A stretch of 64,000 bases of DNA, taken from the human T2T-CHM13v2.0 reference genome, Homo sapiens. The notes under the pieces are model-generated. The model did no database searches. It was not told the origin of the DNA and saw nothing but the letters and a program-made list of their open reading frames with translations. The position numbers were made by a program, and so were the translations under genes. Shown piece after piece: positions 54,201 through 64,000 of this stretch. The DNA is taken from the NCBI RefSeq assembly GCF_009914755.1, contig NC_060939.1; one strand, 5' to 3'. Each line of letters starts with the position of its first letter. The first letter of the stretch is position 1.

Positions 54201-57200
54201 CTGATCACCCAGGTGATCTATCTCTGGTCTAAGCTCTTCCTAAAGGGGCATTGTGACAGATCTCTGCACTGATCACTCAGGTGATGTAACTATTGTCTAG
54301 GCTCTGCTTCAAGGGGCCTTGACACATATCTCTGCAATGATCACCCAGGTGATGTAACTCTTGTCTAGGCTCTGCTTCCAGGGCATATTGTGACATATCT
54401 ATGCACTGATCACCTTAGTGATGTAACACTTGTGTAGGCTCGGCCTACAGGGGAATCTTGACATATCTCTGCACTGTTAAACGAGGTGATATAACTCTTG
54501 TCTAGGCTGTGCCCACAGGGGAATTGAGACATATCTCTGCACTGATCCCGAGGTGATCCAACTCTTGCCTGGTCTCTGCCTACTGGGGACATTGTGACAT
54601 ATCTCTGCACTGATCTCCCAGGTGCTGTAAATTTAGTCTAGGCTCTGGCTACACGGCATTGTGACATATCACTGCACTGATCACCCAGGCGATACAACTC
54701 TTGTCTAGGCTCTTTGTACATTGGCCTTGTGACATATCTCTGCACTGATCACCCAGGTGATATAAGTTTTCCCTAGGATCTGACCACAGGGTGCTTTGTG
54801 ACATATCCCTGCAATGATCACCCAGGTGATATACCACTTGCCAAGGCTCTGCCTACAGGGGCATTGCAATGTACCTCTGCACTGATCACCTAGGTCTTGT
54901 AGCTATTTTCTAGGATCTGCCTACAGGGTGCTTTGTGACGTGTCCCAGCAAGGATTACCCAGGTGATGTACCTCTCATCAAGGCTCTGCCTACAGGCACA
55001 TTGCGATATAGCTCTGCACTGATCACCTAGGTCATGTAACTTTTGTCTAGGCTCTACCTACGATGACATTGTGACATATCTCTGCACTAATCATCCAAGT
55101 GATGTAACACTTGTCTAGGATGTGCCTAAATTAACTTTTTGACATAACCCTGTACTGATCATCCAGGTGATGGGGCTTTTTTCTAGTCTCTGCCTAAGGG
55201 GGCATTGTGACATATTTCTGCACTGAACACCCAGGTGGCGAACTCTTCTCTCTGATCTGCCTATGGGAGCATTGTGAGAAATCTCTGCAATGATCACCAA
55301 GGTGATGTAACTGTTGTGTAACCTCTGCCTACAGGGGAATTGTGAGAGATCTCGTCACTGATTACCCAAGTGATGTAACCATTGTCTAGGTTTTGCGTAC
55401 AGGGGGCTTTGTGACATACCTTTGCACTGATCACCCAGGTGATGTAACACATCTAAGTTCGGCCTAAAGGAGCTTTGTGACATATCTCTGCACTGATCAG
55501 TTAGGTGATGTAACACTTGTATAATCACTGCCTACAGGGAATTTTGACAAATCTCTGCACTGATCACCTAGGTGATGTAACTCTTGTCTACCCTCTGTCC
55601 AACGGGCCATTGTGAAATATCTCTGCACTGATCACCCAGGTGATTCAACTCTTGACTAGGAACTGCCTACAGAGGTTATTGTGAAATATCTCTGCACTGA
55701 TAAACTAGGTGGTGTAACCCTTGTCCAAGCTCTGCCTACAGGGGCGTTTCCACATATCCCTGAACTGATGACAAAGGTGATGTAACTCTTGCCTAGGCTT
55801 TGCCTACAGGGGACATTGGATATATATCTGCACTGATCACCCAGGTGATGCAACTCTTGCCTAGGCTTTGCCTACAGGGTCATTGTGACATATCTCTTCA
55901 ATGATCACTCATGTGATGCAACTCTTTCCTAGGCTTTGCCTACGGGGGACATTGTGACATATCTCTGCACTGATCTCCCAGGTGCTGTAACTTTAATCTA
56001 GGCTCTAGCTACACGGCATTGTGACATATCACTGCACTGATCAGCCAGGTGAGATAACTCTTGTATAGGCTCTGCCTACAGGGGGATTGTGACCTACCGC
56101 GGCACTGATCACCCAGGTGATATAACTCTTCTCTAGGATCTGCCTACAGGGTGATTTGTGACATATCCCTGCAATGATCACCCAGGTGATATACCACTTG
56201 CCAAGGCTCTGCCTACAGGGGCATTGCAATGTACCTCTGCACTGATCACCTAGGTCTTTTAGCTATTTTCTAGGATCTGCCTACAGGGTGTTTTGTGACG
56301 TGTCCCAGCAAGGATTACCCAGGTGATGTACCTCTCAACAAGGCTCTGCCTACAGGCACATTGCGATATAGCTCTGCACTGATCACCTAGGTCATGTAAC
56401 CTTTGTCTATGCTCTACCTACGATGGCATTGTGACATATCTCTGCACTAATCATCCAAGTGATGTAACTGTTGTTTAGGATGTGCCTAAATTAACTTTTT
56501 TACATAACCCTGTACTCATCATCCAGGTGATGGGGCTTTTGTCTAGGCTCTGCCTAAGGGGGCATTGTGACAGATTTCTGCATTGATCACCCAGGTGGCG
56601 AACTCTTCTCTCGGATCTGCCTATGGGGGCATTGTGAGAAATCTCTGCACTGATCACCCAGGTGATGTAACTGTTGTGTAACCTCTGCCTACAGGGGAAT
56701 TGTGAGAGATCTCGCCACTGATTTCCCAAGTGATGTAACCATTGTCTAGGCTTTGCGTACAGGGGGCTTTGTGACATACCTTTGCACTGATCACCCAGGT
56801 GATGTAACACATCTAAGTTGGGCCTAAAGGAGCTTTGTGACATATCTCTGCACTGATCACTTAGGTGATGTAACACTTTTATAATCACTGCCTACAGGGA
56901 ATTTTGACAAATCTCTGCACTGATCACCTAGGTGATGTAACTCTTGTCTACCTTCTGTCCAACGGGGCATTGTGAAATATCTCTGCACTGATCACCCAGG
57001 TGATTCAACTCTTGTCTAGGAACTGCCTACAGAGTTTATTGTGAAATATCTCTGCATTGTTAAACTAGGTAGTGTAACCCTTGTCCAAGCTCTGCCTACA
57101 GGGGCGTTTCCACATATCCCTGAACTGATGACAAAGGTTATGTAACTCTTGCCTAGGCTTTGCCTACAGGGGACATTGGACATATATCTGCACTGATCAC

Positions 57201-60200
57201 CCAGGTGATGCAACTCTTGCCTAGGATTTGCCTACAGGGGCATTGTGACATATCTCTTCAATGATCACTCATGTGATGCAACTCTTGCCTAGGCTTTGCC
57301 AACGGGGGACATTGTGACATATCTCTGCACTGATCTCTCAGGTGCTGCAACTGTAGTCTAGGCTCTGGCTACACGACATTGTGACATATCACTGCACTGA
57401 TCATCCAGGTGATATAACTCTTGTATACGCTCTGCCTACAGGGGGATTGTGACCTACCTCTGCACTGATCACCCAGGTGATATAACACTTCTCTAAGATC
57501 TGCCTACAGGGTACTTTGTGACATATCCCTGCACTAATCACCCAGGTGATCTAACTCTGGTCTAAGCTCTGCCTAAAGGGGCATTGTGACAGATCTCTGC
57601 ACTGATCACTCAGGTGATGTAACTATTGTCTAGGCTCTGCTTCAAGGGGCCTTGTCACATATCTCTGCACTGATCACCCAGGTGATGTAACTCTTGTCTA
57701 GGCTGTGCTTCCAGGGCGTATTGTGACATATCTATGCACTGATTACCTTAATGATGTAACACTGGTGTAGGCTTGGCCTACAGGGGAATCTTGACATACC
57801 TCTGCACTGTTAACCGAGGTGATTTAACTCTTGTCTAGGCTGTGCCCACAGGGGGATTGAGACATATCTCTGCACTGATCCCGAGGTGATCCAACTCTTG
57901 CCTGGTCTCTGCCTACTGGGGACAGTGTGACATATCTCTGCACTGATCTCCCAGGTGCTGTAACATTAGTCTAGGCTCTGGCTACACGGCACTGTGACAT
58001 ATCACTGCACTGATCACCCAGGAGTTATAACTCTTGTCTAGGCTCTGCCTACAATGTTCTTGTGACATATCTCTGCACTGATCACCCAGGTGATATAACT
58101 CTTCTCTAGGATCCGACCACAGGGTGCTTTGTGACATATCCCTGCAATGATCACCCAGGTGATATACCACTTGCTAAGGCTCTCCCTACAGGGGCATTGC
58201 AATGTATCTCTGTACTGATCACCTAGGTCTTGTAAATCTTTTCTAGGATCTGCCTATAGGGTGCTTTGTGACGTATCCCAGCAAGGATTACCCAGGTGAG
58301 GTACCTCTCATCAAGGGTCTGCCTACAGGCACGTTGCGATGTATCTCTGCACTGATCACCTAGGTCATGTAACTTTTGTCTAGGCTCTGCCTACGATGAC
58401 ATTGTGACATATCTCTGCACTAATCATCCAAGTGATGTAACTCTTGTCTAGGATCTGCCTAAATTAACTTTGTGACATAACCCTGTACTTATCATCCAGG
58501 TGATGGGGCTTATGTCTAGGCTCTGCCTAACGGGGCATTGTGACATATTTCTGCATTTTTCACCCTGGTGACGGAATCTTCTCTTGGATCTGCCTATGGG
58601 GGCATTCTGACAAGTCTCTGCACTGATCACCCAGGTGATGTAACTGTTGTGTAACCTCTGCCTACAGGGGAATTGTGAGAGATCTCACCACTGATCACCC
58701 AAGTGATGTATCCATTGTCTAAGCTTTGCGTACAGGGGGCTTTGTGACATAACTTTGCACTGATCACCCAGGTGATGTAACACATCTAAGTTCGGCCTAA
58801 AGGAGCTTTGTGACACATCTCTGCACTGATCACGTAGGTGATGTAACACTTTTATAATCACTGACTACAGGGAATTTTGACAAATCTCTGCACTGATCAC
58901 CTAGGTGATGTAACTCTTGTCTACCCTCTGTCCAACAGGGCATTGTGAAATATCTCTGCACTGATCACCCAGGTGATTCAACTCTTGACTAGGATCTGCC
59001 TATAGAGGTTATTGTGAAATATCTCTGCACTGATAAACTAGGCGGTGTAACCCTTGTCCAAGCTCTGCCTACTGGGGCGTTTTCACATATCCTTGAACTG
59101 ATGACAAAGGTGATGTAACTCTTGCCTAGGCTTTGCCTACAGGGGACATTGGACATATCTCTGCACTGATCCCGAGGTGATCCAACTCTTGCCTGGTCTC
59201 TGCCTACTGGGGACATTGTGACATATCTCTGCACTGATCTCCCAGGTGCTGTAACTTTAGTCTAGGCTCTGGCTACACGGCATTGTGACATATCACTGCA
59301 CTGATCACCCAGGTGATATAACTCTTGTCTAGGCTCTGCCTACAATGGTCTTGTGACATATCTCTGCACTGATCACCCAGGTGATATAACTCTTCTCTAG
59401 GATCTGATCACAGGGTGCATTGTGACATATCCCTGCAATGATCACCCAGGTGATATACCACTTGCCAAGGCTCTGCCTACAGGGGCATTGCAATGTATCT
59501 CTGCACTGATCACCTAGGTCTTGTAACTCTTTTCTAGGATCTGCCTACAGGGTGCTTTGTGACGTATCCCAGCTAGGATTACCCAGGTGATGTACCTCTC
59601 ATCAAGGCTCTGCCTACAGACACATTGCGATGTGTCTCTGCACTGATCATCTAGGCCATGTAACTTTTGTCTAGGGTCTGCCTACGATGGCATTGTGTTG
59701 TATCTCTGCACTAATCATCCAAGTGATGAAACTCTTGTCTAGGATCTGCCTAAATTAACTTTGTGACATAACCCTGTACTGATCATCCAGGTGATGGGGC
59801 TTTTGTCTAGGCTCTGCCTAATGGGGCATTGTGACATATTTCTGCATTGATCACCCAGGTGACGAACTCTTCTCTTGGATCTGCCTATGAGGGCATTGTG
59901 ACAAGTCTCTGCACTGATCACCCAGGTGATGTGACTGTTGTGTAACCTCTGCCTACAGGGGAATTGTGAGAGATCTCGCCACTGATCACCCAAGTGATGT
60001 AACCATTGTCTAGGCTTTGCGTACAGGGGCTTTGTGACATACCTTTGCTCTGATCTCCCAGGTGATGTAACACATCTAAGTTCGGCCTAAAGGAGCTTTG
60101 TGACATATCTCTTCACTGATCATTAGGTGATGTAACACTTTTATAAGCACTGCCTACAGGGAATTTTGACAAATCTCTGCACTGATCATCTAGGTGATGT
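51300..60200. repeat. Rearranged HOR zone based on a 29-mer (marker intervals 4356, 1360 and 1973 bp, then a truncated unit)
   Basis: Markers at 51300, 55656, 57016 and 58989 give 64, 20 and 29 monomers. An extra TACAATGG/TACATTGG/TACAATGT monomer is present. Out-of-register junctions lie at ~52.29, 52.64, 54.05, 56.16 and 59.155 kb. Confidence 0.87.
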
Positions 60201-63200
60201 AACTCTTTTCTAGGATCTGCCTACAGAGGGCGTTGTGACATCACTCTGCACGGTTCACCCTGGTTATGTAACCTTTGTCTTGGCTCTGCCTACGGGGCAT
60301 TGTGACTTTTCTCTACACTGATCACCCAGGAGATGTGACTCTTTTCTAAGCTCTGCCTAGAGGGACATTGGGACATATCTCTGCACTGATTGCTGAGGTG
60401 CTGTAAAACTTGTCTACGCTTTGCCTACAGTGGGTTTTATGACATATCTCTGCACTGATCTCCCAGGTGATGTAACTAGTGTCTAGGCTCTGCTTTCGGG
60501 GGTTATTGTGAGATACCTCTGCACTGACCACGCAGGTGATGTAGCTCTTTTCTAGGCTCTGCCTACAGGGGCATTTTCACATATCACTGCACTAATCACC
60601 GAGATGATGTAACTCTTTCATAGGCTTCGCCAACAGGGGGCATTGAGACATACCTCTGCACTGATCACCGAGGTGATGCAACTCTCGTCTGGGATCTGCT
60701 TACAGGGGGCATTGTGACATATATCTGCCCGGATCACCCAGGTGATGTAACTCTTTTCTAGGCAATGCCTACTGGAGTCAATGTGACATATCTCCGCACT
60801 GATCACCCAGGTGATGTCACTTTTGTCAAGGATATGGCTACAGGGACATTGTGACATGTATCTGCACTGATCACACAGCTGATGTAACTCTTGTCTAGGC
60901 TCTGGCTACAGGTGGCTTGGGACACATATCTGCATTGATCACCCAGGTGATGTAACCATTTTCTAGGCTCTGCCAAAAGCGGACATTGTGACATAAATCT
61001 GCAGTGATCACCTAGGTGATGGGACTCTTGTCTATGCTCTACCTATAGGGGCATTGTGACATATCTCTGCAGTGATCACACAGGTGATGTAACTCTTGTC
61101 CATGTCTGCCTACTGGCGGCATTGTGGCAAATTTCTTCGCTGATCACCCAGGTTATGGACTCTTGTCTTGGATCTGCCAATGGGGGCGTAGTGACATATC
61201 TCTGCACTGATCACTCATGTGATGTAACCCTTGTCTAAGCTGCGCCTAAAGGGGAGTTGTGACAGATATCTCCACTGGTCATCCAGGTGATTTAACAATT
61301 TTCTGGGATTTGTCTACATGGGACTTTGTGACATATCGTTGCACTGATCACTCAGGAGATGAAACTCTTGGCTAGGCTCTGCCTGCAGGAGCTTTGTGAC
61401 ATATTTCTTCAGTGATCACCCAGGTGACGTAACTCTTGTCTAGGCTCCACCTACTGGGGGTATTGTGACGTATCTCTGCACTGATTACCCAGTTGTTGTA
61501 ACATGTATCTAGGCTCTGCCTATTGGGGCCTTTTCATATAACTCTGCACAGATCACAGAGGTTATGTAACTCTTGTCCACTCTCTGCCTACAGGGGGCAT
61601 AGTGACATATCACTGCATTGATCACCGAGGTGATGTAAGTCTTGTCCAGGCTCTGCCTATAGGGAGCCTTGGGACATATCTCTGCACTGATCATCTAGGT
61701 GATGTAACTCTTGCTTACGCTCTGCCTGCAGGGGAATTGTGAAATATCTCTACACTGATCACCCAGGTGATGGGACTCTACTCTAGGCTCTGCCTGCTGG
61801 GGGCATTGTCACATATTTCTGCACTGATCACCGAGGTAACGGACACTTGTCTTGAATTTGCCTATGGGGGCATTGTGACATATATCTGCACTGATCACCC
61901 AGGTGATGTAACTCTGGTCTAAGCGCTGCTTAAAGGGGCATTGTGACAGATCTCTGCACTGATCACTCAGGTGATGTAACTATTGTCTAGGCTCTGCTTA
62001 AAGGGGTCTTGTCACATATCTCTGCACTGATCACCCAGGTGACGTAACTCTTGTCTAGGCTCTGCTTCCAGGGGGTATTATGACATATCTCCGCACTGAT
62101 CACCTAAGTGATGTAACACTTTGTAGGCTCTGCCTACAGGGGCATTTTGACATATCTCTGCATGATAACCTGGGTGATGTAACTCTTGTCTAGGCTGTGC
62201 CCACAGGGGGATTGAGATATATCCCTGCACTGATTCAAAGGTTATCCAACTCTTGTCTGGTCTCTGCCTACTGGGGACATTGTGACATATATCTGCATTG
62301 ATCTCCAAGGGGCTGTAAGTTTAGTCTAGTCTCTGGCTACATGGCATCGTGACATATCACTGCACTGATCATCCAGATGATATACCCCTTGTCTATGCTC
62401 TGCCTACAGGGGGCCTGTGACATATCTCTGTACTGATCACCCAGGTGGTATAACTCTTCCCTAGGATCTGCTTACAGGGTGCTTTGTTACATATCCCTGC
62501 AATGATCACCCAGGTGATATACCACTTGTAAAGGCTCTGCCTACAGGGGCATTGCGATGTATCTCTGCACTGATCACCTAGGTCTTGTAACTCTTGTCTA
62601 GGCTCTGCCTAGAGTGGCATTGTGACATATCTCTGCACTCATCATCCAAGTGATGTAACACTTGTCTAGGATCTGCCTCAAGGGACTTTGTGACATAACT
62701 CTTCACTGATCACCCAAGTGATGCAACTATTGTATAGGCTTTGCCTACATGAGACTTTGTGACATAACTTTGAACTGATCATCCAGGTGATGTAACTCAT
62801 CTAAATTCTGCCTACAGGAATTTTGTGACATATCTCTGCACTGATCACTTAGGTGATGTAACACTTTTCTCAGCACTGCTTACAGGGAATTTGGACAAGT
62901 CTCTGTACTGATCACCTAGGTGATTCAACTGTTGTCTAGGATCTGCATACAGGGGGAATTTTGAAATATCTCTGCACTGATCAACTAGGTGATGTAACTC
63001 TTGTCTAGACTCTGCCTACAGGGGCGTTTTCACATATCCCTGAACTGATGACAAAGGTGATGTAACTCTTGCCTAGGCTTTGCCTACATGGGACATTGTG
63101 ACATATCTCTGCACTGATCACCCAGGTGATGCAATTCTTCTCTATTCTCTGCCTACAGGGGATATTGTGACATATCTCTGCACTGATCACCCAGGTGATG

Positions 63201-64000
63201 CAACACTTCTCTATGCTCTGCCTACCGGGGATATTGTGACATATCTCTGCGCTGATCACCCAGGTGATGGGAATCTACTGTAGGCTCTGCGTACTAGGTG
63301 CATTGTCACATATTTCTGCACTCATCACCCAGGTGACGGACTCTTGTCTTGGATTTGCCTATGGGGGCATTGTGACATATCTCTGCACTGATCACCCAGC
63401 TGTTGTAACTCTGGTCTAAGCTCTGCCTAAAGGGGCATTGTGACAGATCTCTGCACTGATCACTCAGGTGATGTAACAATTGTCTTGGCTCTGCTTAAAG
63501 GGGCCTTGTCACATATATCTGCACTGATCACCCAGGTGATTTCACTCTTATCTATGCTCTGCTTACAGGGGGTACTGTGACATATCTCTGCACTGATCAC
63601 CTAAGTGTTGTAACATTTGTGTAGGCTCTGCCTATAGGAGCATTTTGACATATCTCTGCACTGTTAACCGAGGTGATGTAACTCTTGTCTTGGCTGTGCC
63701 CACAGGTGGATTGAGACATATCTCTGCACTGTTCCCGAGGTGATCCAACTCTTGCCTGGTCTCTGCCTACTGGGGACATTGTGACATATCTCTGCACTGA
63801 TCTCCCAGGTGCTGTAACTTTAGTCTAGGCTCTGGCTACACGGCATCGTGACATATCACTGCACTGATCACCCAGGTGATATAACTCTTGTATAGGCTCT
63901 GCCTACAATGTTCTTGTGACATATCTCTGCACTGATCACCCAGGTGCTATAACTTTTCTCTAGGATCTGCTTACAGGGTGCTTTGTGACATGTCCCTGCA
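60201..64000. repeat. Diverged beta satellite flank: monomeric-like sequence, then an older ~22-mer (1497-bp) periodicity
   Basis: The HOR-diagnostic monomer order is lost after ~60200 and private substitutions are much denser. GGACACTTGTCTTGAATTTGCCTATGGGGG at 61841 recurs as GGACTCTTGTCTTGGATTTGCCTATGGGGG at 63338, with collinear neighbouring monomers. Confidence 0.8.

Larger units (their letters stand above)
1..64000 (-). repeat. Beta satellite (BSR/Beta, 68-bp Sau3A satellite) tandem array, ~940 monomers, single orientation
   Basis: Seen: a continuous ~68-bp period, with GATC in most monomers and no interruption. The reverse complement, GATCAGTGCAGAGATATGTCACAATGCCCCTGTAGGCAGAGCCTAGACAAGAGTTACATCACCTGGGT, matches the beta-satellite consensus as I recall it. 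The strand call is relative to that consensus. Confidence 0.97.

Noticed and set aside
53619-56888. Two 137-aa ORFs (53619-54032 and 56475-56888)
   Set aside because: They arise when a TGA becomes TGG (CTCGTCA to CTCGCCA on the + strand), joining two shorter satellite frames. There is no coding evidence.
1-60200. TTTTATAAT once per HOR, resembling a -10 or TATA element, and TTGACA nearby
   Set aside because: TTGACA lies downstream of TATAAT, the wrong order for a bacterial promoter, and the context is eukaryotic satellite. It is a monomer variant with no support as a promoter.
61056-63283. The only two plus-strand ORFs
   Set aside because: These reflect chance loss of stop codons in diverged monomers, and the peptides simply repeat the monomer translation.
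329-63797. Many recurring 60-92 aa ORFs, nearly all on the minus strand, rich in Cys/His (e.g. MHHLGDQCRY..., MISAEISHNAP...)
   Set aside because: They are translations of the 68-bp monomer, whose frame cycles every 204 bp. They appear and vanish with single substitutions or indels and lack C2H2 zinc-finger spacing or any other recognisable domain.
1-64000. CRISPR-like pattern: a conserved ~40-bp core alternating with ~28-bp variable segments
   Set aside because: The variable segments are homologous to one another and recur in fixed HOR order. There is no leader and no cas gene, so this is satellite divergence.
1-64000. Alpha satellite or CENP-B boxes
   Set aside because: The period is 68 bp rather than 171 bp, and I saw no TTCG....A..CGGG box.

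Overview
The entire 64-kb window is primate (human-type) beta satellite (BSR/Beta, the 68-bp Sau3A family). It holds about 940 head-to-tail monomers in one orientation; the + strand consensus is CCCAGGTGATGTAACTCTTGTCTAGGCTCTGCCTACAGGGGCATTGTGACATATCTCTGCACTGATCA. I see no genes, RNA genes, transposon insertions or CRISPR array, and all listed ORFs are artefacts of the repeat. The interest lies in the higher-order repeat (HOR) architecture, mapped by hand with the once-per-unit marker CTAGGAACTGCC. From left to right: a 32-mer and a 28-mer; ten 27-mers (~1838 bp) that contain a near-perfect 3674-bp duplication; fifteen mostly 28-mer units (~1906 bp); a rearranged zone built on a 29-mer (~51.3-60.2 kb); and a diverged flank with an older ~22-mer periodicity. 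This looks like the edge of a beta-satellite HOR array that records its own layered history (22-mer-like, then 29, 28 and 27 monomers). I found no evidence of a novel protein-coding or defence system. Species and chromosome cannot be fixed from the sequence alone.
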